DNA of 64,000 bases from Candidatus Aenigmatarchaeota archaeon (GCA_016187335.1 JACPJW010000001.1:128001-192000); one strand, 5' to 3'. Counted from the first letter of the stretch, positions 48,122 to 57,175 are shown. Numbers and translations are program-made. The notes: a model not told the origin generated them from the sequence alone.

Positions 48122-48252
48122 CGCCGAGAGGGAGATTTGAACTCCCGCGAGCACGAGGCTCACAAGCTTTCTTACAACCTTCCCTTTTGATGCAACTTTT
48201 GGGAAAAGTTGCTTCCAGGCTTGCGCGTTGGACCAAGCTCCGCCATCTCGGC
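48122..48252 (-). tRNA. tRNA-Ser(GGA) with a 44-nt intron at 37/38
   Basis: Acceptor GCCGAGA/TCTCGGC, G73, CAAGC-CT-GGA-A|intron 48212-48169|A-GCTTG, long variable arm, GGGAG-TTCAAAT-CTCCC. Confidence 0.92.
48187..48212 (+). repeat. Family A mini-hairpin inside the tRNA-Ser intron
   Basis: TTGAT+gcaactttt/ggg/aaaagttgc. Confidence 0.9.
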
Positions 48253-48281
48253 AGAAGAGAAGAAACCTGCGGTTTCTCTCT

Positions 48282-48336
48282 TTGCGCAGAAACCAAAGGT
48301 TTCTGGCAATCCCAGAAAGCTCTTGCTTTCTGAGGA
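48282..48336. repeat. Family B double hairpin
   Basis: ttgc-g-cagaaacc/aaa/ggtttctg-gcaa-tcc-cagaaagc/tctt/gctttctg-a-gga. Confidence 0.8.
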
Positions 48337-48408
48337 TTCTAATCTCATTTCCCTTATTACAAAATATTAAAGAATTAGTTTATTAGGGCTCTGAGAAGCC
48401 CTACCCTT

Positions 48409-48434
48409 TTGATTAAACTTTTTGGAAAAGTTTA
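48409..48434 (+). repeat. Family A mini-hairpin after the Trm112 stop
   Basis: TTGAT+taaactttt/tgg/aaaagttta. Confidence 0.85.
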
Positions 48435-48602
48435 TCAGAACTTCTCCGCGTCCTCCAGGAGCATGTCCGGTATGTCTTCATCTATAACAGAAAACCGCAG
48501 CCTGCATTTCTTGCAGGAAAGCCTGTTCTTCTTCCTGTCGTAGTCCAGGTCGCCCTTGCATTTCGGGCATGCAAGTATGTCCAGAAGCTCTTTTTTGAGC
48601 AT
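48435..48602 (-). CDS. Trm112-family protein
   Basis: MLKKELLDILACPKCKGDL..LSCKKC..F.VIDEDIPDML; translated by hand. Confidence 0.88.
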   Translation of the reverse strand: MLKKELLDILACPKCKGDLDYDRKKNRLSCKKCRLRFSVIDEDIPDMLLEDAEKF

Positions 48603-48745
48603 GAATTACTTTTGAAGAATCAGGCTTTTAAGATTATATTCCCCTGCACTGCCATTTAATCTGACGATGCGAATGCTGTGCAGAAGAGATGGGTATTTCA
48701 CGCACTTTGGTTCTTAGGTGGTCGTACGCCTGAAGAAAACGTAAT

Positions 48746-49702
48746 TTATCCGTAATGCTGGCGCATTTTCGGATAAACGCCTTTCTCCATTATAACCCTG
48801 TCAGTCTTCGCGGCAAGTCCCTTCCTGTGCATCATCTCGTCGCTGCTCATCGCCGCCATTGCCAGTGCGACCAGCTCGCCTTTCAGCGTAATTAAGGCAA
48901 TCAAATCATCCTTCTCGATTCCTTTCCGGATTTTGCATATGCCCTGCGTGTACAAAGGCGTTCCACCTGCAACGGAAAAAACAGCCGAGTCCTTGACGAC
49001 AATTTTCTTCAGGTGGTCAACGGCTTTTTCAACAGGAAGAACGTAGTCGCGAATCTTATCATCGCCGTTTTCTTTCCAGAAAACAAAAGCGTCAGCGATG
49101 TCGTGCATTTTTACAGACTGCTCTTCTCCGAAAGGTCCTGCTTTGGTGCGCCTGAGCTCGCTCATGTGCGCGCCGCCCAGATGCTTGCCGATGTCATGGC
49201 AGAGAACGCGGATGTATGTTCCTGCTTCCACGGATGTTTTGAACAATACATCCTTGCCGCTTATCTCCAGGATGTCAAAGGAATGGACCCTGCGGGTTCT
49301 TTCTTTTCTTGCAACAGCAGAACGAACCGGGGGTCTTTGCCTGATGTCGCCGAGAAATTTTTTCACAGTTGCCGAGAGTTTTTTTGCATCCGTTTCTTTA
49401 TGCAGATGCATCACGCCGGCGTATTCCTTGTCCAATCCCTGCAATGCCGGAATAACCTTGCAGGCGTTTTCCAGCGTGACTAACAAAACACCGCTCACCA
49501 TGGGGTCAAGCGTGCCGGCGTGGCCTGTCTTGTTCAGCCCTAAAACTTTTTTCACCGTCGCAACAACATCATGAGAAGTCGGGCCCTGCCATTTGTCCAG
49601 AACGACGAAGCCGTTTTTAAGAAGTTCTTCTACTGAACGTTCTTCTGGTTTTTTACCAAAGCCTTCTGCCGGCTCCTCGTCGCTTCTGATGAGCCATTCC
49701 AT
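48746..49702 (-). CDS. cbf5: Cbf5 pseudouridine synthase
   Basis: LDKWQGPTSH, GHAGTLDP, EAGTYIR, ELRRT, PUA domain. Confidence 0.95.
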   Translation of the reverse strand: MEWLIRSDEEPAEGFGKKPEERSVEELLKNGFVVLDKWQGPTSHDVVATVKKVLGLNKTGHAGTLDPMVSGVLLVTLENACKVIPALQGLDKEYAGVMHLHKETDAKKLSATVKKFLGDIRQRPPVRSAVARKERTRRVHSFDILEISGKDVLFKTSVEAGTYIRVLCHDIGKHLGGAHMSELRRTKAGPFGEEQSVKMHDIADAFVFWKENGDDKIRDYVLPVEKAVDHLKKIVVKDSAVFSVAGGTPLYTQGICKIRKGIEKDDLIALITLKGELVALAMAAMSSDEMMHRKGLAAKTDRVIMEKGVYPKMRQHYG

Positions 49703-49739
49703 GAAGAGAATTATCCGAGCAAGAATTAAAATGGCCGTT

Positions 49740-49765
49740 TTGGTTAAACTTTTTTGAAAAGTTTA
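49740..49765 (+). repeat. Family A mini-hairpin overlapping the DUF106 stop
   Basis: TTGGT+taaactttt/ttg/aaaagttta. Confidence 0.85.
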
Positions 49766-50383
49766 TACGTAAACCTTCAGCAGCTTTCTCGTCACGACCA
49801 TGAACAGGAGCGCGCTCAGGAAATACCATCCCAGCCATCCCAGATCGCTGCCCACGAAAGGCAGTGCGAAAGGCAGGTAGGCGATGATTCTTGAGAATTT
49901 CACTTCGTTGCCGTTCATTGCAATGTTCCATTTGTAACCGTTCAAAGCAACGCCGTTCTTCGGGGTTTCGATGTTGCCGTAACCGCTTATCTCCACGCCG
50001 CCCTCTGTTTTCTGGACCTGGTAAACGCTCCCGTCTATATTCAGCTCTCCTTTGCCGTCGTTGAGCTTCACTTCCCTGTCGCCGTAAATTCCCGCGATCC
50101 ACGGCAAAGCGAGTATTACTATGATGAAGGAAACAACCATGGGCTTTAGGGACATCCTCATTATCTTGCCGTTCTCGCTCATCAGCTCCCCGAGGAGCTT
50201 GTTCACCTTCTCCGTGTTGCCCTTTTTCTGCTCTTCCTTTATCTTTTCGTTCATCTCCTTCATCCTTTCCCGCGACTGCTTCACCTGGTGCTGGTCCAAG
50301 AGCAGTTTGTAGAATATGTTTATGACCATGATGACGAAGAAGGAGAAAATAAAGACGTCAATTATCGGGGAAAAATATGCCAT
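49763..50383 (-). CDS. DUF106 / EMC3-TMCO1-family membrane insertase
   Basis: TM1, coiled coil, MRMSLKPM, GWLGWYFL. Confidence 0.88.
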   Translation of the reverse strand: MAYFSPIIDVFIFSFFVIMVINIFYKLLLDQHQVKQSRERMKEMNEKIKEEQKKGNTEKVNKLLGELMSENGKIMRMSLKPMVVSFIIVILALPWIAGIYGDREVKLNDGKGELNIDGSVYQVQKTEGGVEISGYGNIETPKNGVALNGYKWNIAMNGNEVKFSRIIAYLPFALPFVGSDLGWLGWYFLSALLFMVVTRKLLKVYV

Positions 50384-50488
50384 GATTATCACTCTATTAA
50401 GCCGAAAGCAAATGTTCGATTCGTGTCAGGAAATTTATCATGAACATCGCTTTGGAAAATTGAACTTCGCCTTTCCTTTTCACTTTAA

Positions 50489-50773
50489 TCACGCCTTGAC
50501 GTACTCCACTTTCTTTATCCTGAAGCCGGTGCCGACGTCGTGCTTCTTGCCGCAGACGCCGCATTTGTACCGTAAATCCAGGCGGCGCGTCGGCTTTTCC
50601 CTGCCCTTGGGGTTCTCCTTCGGGAAGGAACCGTAGCCTGCCAGCTTCCGCAAAAAGCGCCGCTGCGACTTCGTGTCCTGCCTTCTCGGCCTTCTCTTTG
50701 ATTCTTCTACAACATGCTCCGTGTGCTTCCTGCAGTAAGGGCAATAGCGCTTTTGGACTTTCGGTATCATCAT
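50489..50773 (-). CDS. rpl44e: 50S ribosomal protein L44e
   Basis: IPKVQKRYCPYCRKHTEH, GYGS, KPTRRLDL..KCGVCGK. Confidence 0.95.
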   Translation of the reverse strand: MMIPKVQKRYCPYCRKHTEHVVEESKRRPRRQDTKSQRRFLRKLAGYGSFPKENPKGREKPTRRLDLRYKCGVCGKKHDVGTGFRIKKVEYVKA

Positions 50774-50826
50774 TGGAAATCACATCTTCGGCATCATAGG
50801 CAAACAATAATTCGGCAGTTCTCGTT

Positions 50827-51411
50827 CTATTCCTCAATTCTTTCAATAACTCCTTCCTTGAGCAAAAATTCATTTAAAGCTTCTGGCAATTGAACCGTTT
50901 CTCCTTCTTTCAGCTCGTACGTTTGCATGTCCGGTCCCACAAAAGCGGGCATGCTTTTCCTGACGCGGTAAACTGTTCTTTTCTGGATTAAGTCGGAAAT
51001 TTGGGGCGGGTCCTCTGCTCTTTGATTTTCGGGGATTTCGTCTTTTCCTTCCGTCCTTGCCGGTTCCTTCTGCAGCTCCTCAAAGAACGTTTCCCTCAGG
51101 CGCCGCAGCTCGTCAACAAGGAAGAAAAAAGTTTTTTCTTCGTTTCTTGCCAGGTTTTCCGAGGGTATTCCCGTCCGCGCGGTGTAAAGGGCCATCTCCA
51201 TGAGCTTTTTTTCCCTTGACTCGAACAGGCGCCTTATGATGCTTCTTGCGTTCTCCAGCTCAATTATGTCGGAGGAAGTTTTCTCGGTTATTCTTTCTTT
51301 CCTCCGGAGGTACTCCTTCAGGTCTTCAAAAAAATTCTCCGGCAGCTTCTGCAGCTTCTTTGACTCGTGCTCCGCCCTTTCGATGTCGCGTATTTTTTCA
51401 AACGTCAGCAT
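50827..51411 (-). CDS. GINS complex subunit (Gins15-like)
   Basis: LQKLPENFF, RERK-like RESREKKL, FVGPDMQTY.LKEGETV.LP. Confidence 0.85.
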   Translation of the reverse strand: MLTFEKIRDIERAEHESKKLQKLPENFFEDLKEYLRRKERITEKTSSDIIELENARSIIRRLFESREKKLMEMALYTARTGIPSENLARNEEKTFFFLVDELRRLRETFFEELQKEPARTEGKDEIPENQRAEDPPQISDLIQKRTVYRVRKSMPAFVGPDMQTYELKEGETVQLPEALNEFLLKEGVIERIEE

Positions 51412-51465
51412 TCTTATCAGGAAAGGTTAAGACTGGAATCTTTTAAAGGGCTGTTTTGAAAAGTT

Positions 51466-52818
51466 CTAATGAACCCTTCCCTTGTGCTGCGCAAGCGAGC
51501 GCATCGTGGGGAACTCTTTGTTGCACACGCCGCAAGAAAAGCCGCGCTTCACGGCTTTCAGGTCCTGCCTGAGTTTTCGGCGCTCTTTCATTATCTTGTA
51601 AGGGTATGCAATGGGGTTCTTTATCTTCATTTTCTCGTGGTCAACGGTCTTGGAGCAGATGTCGTACAACCCTATGCTCCTGCAGAACGTTTCGTTGGTG
51701 CAGTTGGGCGGCTTTCTGTCGTTTAAGAGGTTCCAGCGCATCTGCGAAAGCAGGATGCTCCGCGGCAGCGGCGGCTTGTTCCTTTCGTTCCACTCCAGCA
51801 CTGATTGCTCAATCTCTTCAGGCTGCCAGTTCATCATTTTGAGGAAGGTAACAAGGGTGAAAATGCTTCTCTTCCTGCCCTCGCTCATCCCGGCTAAAAT
51901 TGTTTTTACGCACGGAGGGAAGAATTCCTCCGGTATTTTCTTATCATAAACAACGAGCCTTTTCGGCTCCTGCTTTTTTTCCTGCTTGGTGTGCATCGCG
52001 TGCCAGTCAAGGGCTTCTAAAAGCAGATCCTCCGCCTCGTTCTCTTCGCTGACGAAAAATTTTTCTTTAACGTTAACCTTTTTTGGTTGGGCAATTTCCG
52101 GCTCGAATCTTTTAAGATGCTGCCTTGCTATCGGCAGCGATGCCAGCCACGTTTTTTCGTTGAGCGAATAAGGCGCCCTGAATAAATGCCTGGCGCCCCA
52201 GTCCTTTTCTACCTCAACGAAATAAAACGGGCTCAGTCTTGACGGGGCTTCGCCCAGCGCTTCTATAAGCTCCTTCGCGCTCCTCCTTTTTACCAGCTTT
52301 CTCATCAGCACTTTTGATATTTTCTTTCTTATGAACCTGGCAAGTATGCGCGGCGCTTCCGGATACATCCTTGCCAGCGGTTTGTAATCAACCTCTTTGG
52401 GAAATGCCTCCCAGCCGACGGAAATGTGAAAGCCCCTTCTTCCGGAAAACTTTATGCCGTAATTGCGCACACCGTATTTTTCCAGCGTGCGGCATATCAG
52501 CATTGCTGCTGTTTTTGATTCTTCAATTCCGAGCTTGCTGTCTATGTCCAGGACAAAGTCCCATCCGCTTCGCATCTCGCTGTAGTTCTGGCTGTTCACG
52601 CTCATGGCGTTCTTCCATCTTTCAACGGAAAAGTGGAACGAAACAACACCTTTCCTGACCATCTGCACGATGTCATTTGGGTATTGTATTATGTTCGGCC
52701 TTTTCTCGTATGTCCCGTCGAAAAAAGTCCCGACGGCTTCCCTTTCCTTTGAATGCTCTATGAGCGCCTTGGAAATGTCCTCGCGCGCGTAATATTCCAG
52801 AATCTGCTGGCGGTTCAT
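51466..52818 (-). CDS. Fused DNA primase (PriS-PriL) with C-terminal C2H2 zinc finger
   Basis: PriS WDFVLDID, KFSGRRGFHI, HLFRAPYSLNEK; PriL FPPCVKTIL, PPNC; tail CGVCNKEFPTMRSLAQHKGRVH. Confidence 0.88.
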   Translation of the reverse strand: MNRQQILEYYAREDISKALIEHSKEREAVGTFFDGTYEKRPNIIQYPNDIVQMVRKGVVSFHFSVERWKNAMSVNSQNYSEMRSGWDFVLDIDSKLGIEESKTAAMLICRTLEKYGVRNYGIKFSGRRGFHISVGWEAFPKEVDYKPLARMYPEAPRILARFIRKKISKVLMRKLVKRRSAKELIEALGEAPSRLSPFYFVEVEKDWGARHLFRAPYSLNEKTWLASLPIARQHLKRFEPEIAQPKKVNVKEKFFVSEENEAEDLLLEALDWHAMHTKQEKKQEPKRLVVYDKKIPEEFFPPCVKTILAGMSEGRKRSIFTLVTFLKMMNWQPEEIEQSVLEWNERNKPPLPRSILLSQMRWNLLNDRKPPNCTNETFCRSIGLYDICSKTVDHEKMKIKNPIAYPYKIMKERRKLRQDLKAVKRGFSCGVCNKEFPTMRSLAQHKGRVH

Positions 52819-52869
52819 GAGAATAAGTTCCGGACGAACAAATAAAAGGTTATCAAGGAAATTTAGCGA

Positions 52870-53343
52870 ATGGCAGACGTTTACGTCGCCGGCTCCCTGA
52901 GGCACACGCCGCGCGAGTGGTGGGCCATCTACGAGAGAATAGCGAAAATCATCGAAACAATCGGGATGAGCGCTTACGTCCCTCATATACATACTCCGAA
53001 CGAAGTGGGAGCAAAGGCTTTGGATATAGATAATCTGGATATGGACGGTAATCTTAGGGCTGAAATCTATAGAAAGCAGTGGAAGGTCATAGAAAACGCA
53101 AAGCTTGTCATAGCGGAAATAACCCAGCCCTCGACAGGAACGGGGATAGAAATCGGTCTTGCCCTGAAGCTGAACAAGCCCGTGATCTGCATGGCTCATA
53201 AAACTGCGAACATCACGAGCATGGTCATGGGCCCGGCGCATCTCGGCATGGTCGACGTGATAAGGTACGACAATGAAGAAGACGGTATGGCGCAGCTCAA
53301 AAGGCTTTTAGAAAATAAATACAAATCCTTACTTCACCAGTAG
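52870..53343 (+). CDS. Nucleoside 2-deoxyribosyltransferase-family protein
   Basis: VYVAGS, IAEITQPSTGTGIEIG.A..LNKPV. Confidence 0.82.
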   Translation: MADVYVAGSLRHTPREWWAIYERIAKIIETIGMSAYVPHIHTPNEVGAKALDIDNLDMDGNLRAEIYRKQWKVIENAKLVIAEITQPSTGTGIEIGLALKLNKPVICMAHKTANITSMVMGPAHLGMVDVIRYDNEEDGMAQLKRLLENKYKSLLHQ

Positions 53344-53778
53344 CTTCGCCTGCTCGACGCTGTATTTCCAGTTCTTCGGCAGCTTCCCTGTGCGGGAGTA
53401 ATATTTTCCGAGCCTGCGGACCTTGCTTTCCATCAGCTCAAGGCCGTGGATTGCTGACGCGTCTTTCTTGTTTTCTGAAAGGTGCTTGTGAAGGTTCACG
53501 GCTTTTTTCATCAGGTTGTACATGTCCTCGGGTATTTCTTTCTTCGCTTCCTTTGCCGTCACTTTCATGACGCGGAGGCTGAAAGCCCTTACGTCAGGCA
53601 CGCCGTACTGGTCGCGCAGAATGATGCCTATCTCGCTGGATGTTTTTCCTTCTTTGGCGAGCTTGGTTATGAGTTTCTCTACTTCGTCCTTGTCGTAGGC
53701 GAGCCACTCCTGCCGTATCCTTTTCACGGGCTTCTTGGAGCCGCTTCTGCCGTGCTTTCTTGAATGCATCTTTGCCAT
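53329..53778 (-). CDS. rps15: 30S ribosomal protein S15
   Basis: MAKMHSRKHGRSGS, IG.ILRDQYGVP, IPEDMYNL, ESKVRRLGKYY. Confidence 0.96.
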   Translation of the reverse strand: MAKMHSRKHGRSGSKKPVKRIRQEWLAYDKDEVEKLITKLAKEGKTSSEIGIILRDQYGVPDVRAFSLRVMKVTAKEAKKEIPEDMYNLMKKAVNLHKHLSENKKDASAIHGLELMESKVRRLGKYYSRTGKLPKNWKYSVEQAKLLVK

Positions 53779-53796
53779 TTTTTTGACACCTTCATC

Positions 53797-53850
53797 ATGC
53801 CCAAAAACCGTTAGGTTTTTGGCATCCCGAAGAACCTTTGTTCTTCGAGG
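53797..53850. repeat. Family B double hairpin
   Basis: atg-c-ccaaaaacc/gtta/ggtttttgg-cat-cc-cgaagaac/cttt/gttcttcg-a-gg. Confidence 0.8.
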
Positions 53851-53899
53851 AAAGCAGGAAGGAATGTGCTGAAGGCAGCATGAACTTTCTTTTTCCGCT

Positions 53900-54499
53900 T
53901 TAATTTTCCTTCTTCGTGTACCTTCTCCGCTTTTCTATTTTCCGGAGGGCTGCAAAAACGTCCTGCGCCCCGCTGTAATTCTTTCCGTAAACTTTTAAAA
54001 TGGTGTTCCAGGCTTTTTCCAGCAATGAAAAGTGCGTTGACTCCAGGGCTTCATGCAGCAAAAAAAGATCCGATGCCTTGTCTTCCGTGCGCCTGCTGCG
54101 GAATCCCAGGCCGAAATCGATGAAATAAATGTCTCCATCATGAAAAATCATGTTGCTGGTAGTGAGATCGCCGTGAATTATGCCGTTGCTGTGCATCTTT
54201 GCCGCGGCTTCTGCAATCTTCGCGCATATTTCCCTGAAGTTCTTCCCGCTTAAAATATCCTTTGCCCTTTTCCCGTCGATGAATTCCATTTTTATTGAAA
54301 AATCCTTTTCTTCAATTATTCTTGGAGCCGGCGCGCCGGAGCGGCGCGCCTCCCTTATCAGGCCCGCTTCTCTTCTTGTTCTGCCGCGGCGCAAAGAAAT
54401 ATCTATTTTTTCGATTCGGTAGCCTTTTTTTATCCGTTCCTTTGTCAGCGTGCCGTCTTCCTTGCGCAGCACTGCTTCGGCGCCGCGCGCGATTATCAT
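53900..54499 (-). CDS. bud32: KEOPS kinase Bud32
   Basis: GAEA, KERIKKGYR, IHGDLTTSNM, IDFGL, DLFLL. Confidence 0.92.
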   Translation of the reverse strand: MIIARGAEAVLRKEDGTLTKERIKKGYRIEKIDISLRRGRTRREAGLIREARRSGAPAPRIIEEKDFSIKMEFIDGKRAKDILSGKNFREICAKIAEAAAKMHSNGIIHGDLTTSNMIFHDGDIYFIDFGLGFRSRRTEDKASDLFLLHEALESTHFSLLEKAWNTILKVYGKNYSGAQDVFAALRKIEKRRRYTKKEN

Positions 54500-54562
54500 G
54501 AACGGCTTTTTATGTTAAACCTTTATAAGGATTTACGCAAAATTTCATCCTAAGGCGTTTTT

Positions 54563-54799
54563 ATGACTGTAATAGTTGACGACGGCAAGTGTATTTCGTG
54601 CGGAGGATGCGTCGCTGTATGCCCGGTGCTTGCGCTGGACATGAAGAAAGGCACAGACATAATCGTGGACAACGACAGTTGCATTGACTGCAACCTGTGC
54701 GTCAGATTCTGCCCTGTTGCGGCGCTGGAGCTTGACGAGGAAGGCAGGAAGCGCTACAAAGGCGAGCTGCCAAGGAAGAAGGCGGCTGTGCTGTACTGA
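54563..54799 (+). CDS. 2[4Fe-4S] ferredoxin
   Basis: CISCGGCVAVCP and CIDCNLCVRFCP. Confidence 0.93.
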   Translation: MTVIVDDGKCISCGGCVAVCPVLALDMKKGTDIIVDNDSCIDCNLCVRFCPVAALELDEEGRKRYKGELPRKKAAVLY

Positions 54800-54810
54800 A
54801 AGGTGTTCTT

Positions 54811-56007
54811 ATGATGCTCAACGGAAAATACGATTATGATGTCGTTGTCGTGGGCGCGGGACCTGCGGGCTCTGCCACGGCGAAGACATGCGCCGAGAAA
54901 GGCCTTGAAGTGGCTATGGTAGAAAAACTTCCCGTCCCGTTCGCCGTCAAGAGATGCGGCGAGGGGCTTTCCAATGATTCGGTGAAGCTCATCGGCCAGA
55001 AAATACCGCCGGAGTGCATAGCAAGAAAAATAAACGGCGCGATTGTTTATTCCCCAGGCAAAAAAGCCGTCATAGACCTTCACAGGGAAGCCGGCTACAT
55101 ACTGGAAAGAAAGCTGTACGACAAGTGGCTGGCTGCGGAAGCCGCAAGGGCGGGCGTTTACGTCCAGACAAAGACGGCGGCGACCGGCGTCATAAAAAAA
55201 GACGGCTTTGTGAAAGGCGTTGAGATTGAATTTGAGGGCGAGAAGTCCGCTTTAAGCAGCAGGGTCGTTGTCGCGGCGGACGGCGTTGAAAGCGTCATCT
55301 CAAGGATGGCGGGCCTGAAAACGACAAACAATCTCGTCAATATTTTTTCCGCGTACCAGTTTGAGATGGTCGGCATAGAAATGGAAGACCCGGACAAGAT
55401 AATAGTTTACGTCGGGAACAAGATATCCCCCAGAGGCTACGTGTGGATATTCCCGAAGGGCGAGGACGTGGCGAACGTCGGCATAGGCATAGGCGGCCTT
55501 GGCTACGAAAAGACGGCCAGGGGCTATCTGGAAGATTTCATAAAATCCGACGAGGGCCTGAGGAAAGGCAGCATCGTGGAAGTGAACACAGGGGCGATTC
55601 CTGCCGGAGGCTTCATGGATAACATGGTCCTGAACGGCCTCGTTGCCGTGGGCGATGCCGCGCACCAGGTGAACCCGCTTCACGGCGGCGGGATAAAGGA
55701 AGCGACGCTGGGGGGCATGATAGCGGGCGATGTTATAGCTGGATGCATTGAAAAAAACGACGTGTCCCAGAGCGCCCTGTCGGAATACAACAAGATCTGG
55801 TGGGAGCAGCAGGGAAAGAGGCTGAGGAACATAGAGAAGGCCAGGAATGTTATCGCGAAGCTTTCCGACGAGGACCTTGATATGCTTGTTGAAAGCGTCA
55901 CGGGCGACGATATAGTGGACTTCACGAGGGGGAAGAAGCTGGAAAAGGTGGCCCAGATTCTCCTGAGAAAGCCGGGCCTGATAACGCTTGCGCGGCATCT
56001 TCTCTGA
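54811..56007 (+). CDS. Geranylgeranyl reductase family (DGGGPL reductase-like)
   Basis: VVGAGPAG, CGEG, AADG, PRGYVWIFP, VGDAA..VNPLHGGGI. Confidence 0.9.
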   Translation: MMLNGKYDYDVVVVGAGPAGSATAKTCAEKGLEVAMVEKLPVPFAVKRCGEGLSNDSVKLIGQKIPPECIARKINGAIVYSPGKKAVIDLHREAGYILERKLYDKWLAAEAARAGVYVQTKTAATGVIKKDGFVKGVEIEFEGEKSALSSRVVVAADGVESVISRMAGLKTTNNLVNIFSAYQFEMVGIEMEDPDKIIVYVGNKISPRGYVWIFPKGEDVANVGIGIGGLGYEKTARGYLEDFIKSDEGLRKGSIVEVNTGAIPAGGFMDNMVLNGLVAVGDAAHQVNPLHGGGIKEATLGGMIAGDVIAGCIEKNDVSQSALSEYNKIWWEQQGKRLRNIEKARNVIAKLSDEDLDMLVESVTGDDIVDFTRGKKLEKVAQILLRKPGLITLARHLL

Positions 56008-56050
56008 TTCTATTTCTTGGCCTTCAAGATGATGAATTCAGTGGGTACAT

Positions 56051-57115
56051 ATGACGAAAATCATGGGCGCGGGCCCTGCGGGCCTTTGCGCTGCAATAAA
56101 CATTGCAAAGGCCGGCAGGGAAGTGAAGATATTTGAGATGCGCAGCGACGTCGGCATGCGCTTTCACCCGAACCTTCAGGGGCTGAAAGACGTTGGCAAC
56201 CCCGAAGACTACATGAAAGAGCTGAACATAAACCCGAAGACGGGATTCAGGTATTTCTCCAGGGCATTTTTCGGCACAAGGAAAAGGGACATAGAGCTTG
56301 ACATCGGGAAGTCAATGCCCTTCGTCGTGCGCGGCGGAAAGGAATCCTTAGAGTACGGGCTTTACCGGGAAGCGCTTGACCTGGGAGTGGAATTCGAATT
56401 CAATTCCAGGATAACGAAAGACGGCGTTGACATCGTGGCGGCGGGCCATGGCGGAACATGCGACGCAGCCGCGCTTGGCATGGTTTTTGAGGACACGGAC
56501 TTCCCCAGGGATGCGTTCCTTATAATTTTTGACGACAGGTATTCGCCAAAAGGCTGGTACAGCTATATTGTGCCGATATCGGACGACCGTGTAGAATTCG
56601 TGAACTGCGTGTCCCAGCCTCACGTGCCGCTCTTGAGAAAACTGACGGAAAAGGCGCTGCAGGAAAGGAAAATAGTCCGCGGCTTCCTTGACGGGAAAAA
56701 AAAGGTGGCAACGTTCGGGGGCGTCGGGAATGTGAGCGTCCCTAAGACGGCCTTCATAAACAACAGGTATTACGTCGGCGAGGCCGCCGGATTCCAGGAC
56801 CCTTTCATGGGCTTCGGCATCACGTATGCGCTGAAATCGGCAAAGATGGCCGCCGACGCAATTGTGAACGGTTATGACTACGACGCCATGTGGAAAAGGG
56901 AGATAATGCCAAGGATGAGGAAGGATTTCGCGCGGCGCTTCCCGGTGTCCATATTCGGCGACGCCCTGCCGGAGATGTTCATGAGAAAGTACAGGAGCGG
57001 CGACAGGATAGATTTCCAGGACGTTATCCCTTCGTCGTTCCCGTTATACAACGTTGCGGAGTTTGTGCTCTTCAGGTTAGAGGTCCTGAAAAAGCGCCTG
57101 ACCGGCTTCTGGTAA
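56051..57115 (+). CDS. Second, divergent FAD-dependent GGR-family oxidoreductase
   Basis: IMGAGPAG, PKGWYSYIVP, VGEAAGFQDPFMGFGI. Confidence 0.82.
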   Translation: MTKIMGAGPAGLCAAINIAKAGREVKIFEMRSDVGMRFHPNLQGLKDVGNPEDYMKELNINPKTGFRYFSRAFFGTRKRDIELDIGKSMPFVVRGGKESLEYGLYREALDLGVEFEFNSRITKDGVDIVAAGHGGTCDAAALGMVFEDTDFPRDAFLIIFDDRYSPKGWYSYIVPISDDRVEFVNCVSQPHVPLLRKLTEKALQERKIVRGFLDGKKKVATFGGVGNVSVPKTAFINNRYYVGEAAGFQDPFMGFGITYALKSAKMAADAIVNGYDYDAMWKREIMPRMRKDFARRFPVSIFGDALPEMFMRKYRSGDRIDFQDVIPSSFPLYNVAEFVLFRLEVLKKRLTGFW

Positions 57116-57175
57116 GATTCTCCTCCGTATCGCAATGCTTATATAGTCCTGTATACGCTGTTATACACAGTTATA

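Noticed and set aside
48042-48296. N-terminal extension of the antiporter ORF
   Set aside because: Reads through tRNA-Ser and repeats; the real start is most likely 48041
48603-48745. 143-bp gap between cbf5 and trm112 as a possible guide RNA or small ORF
   Set aside because: No clear C/D or H/ACA boxes and no convincing start codon
48746-49702. Possible BHB intron in cbf5, as in some crenarchaea
   Set aside because: The reading frame is continuous with normal N-terminal motifs
52819-53241. 141-aa N-terminal extension of the primase ORF in the ORF track
   Set aside because: Antisense overlap with the NDT gene; the real start is most likely 52818
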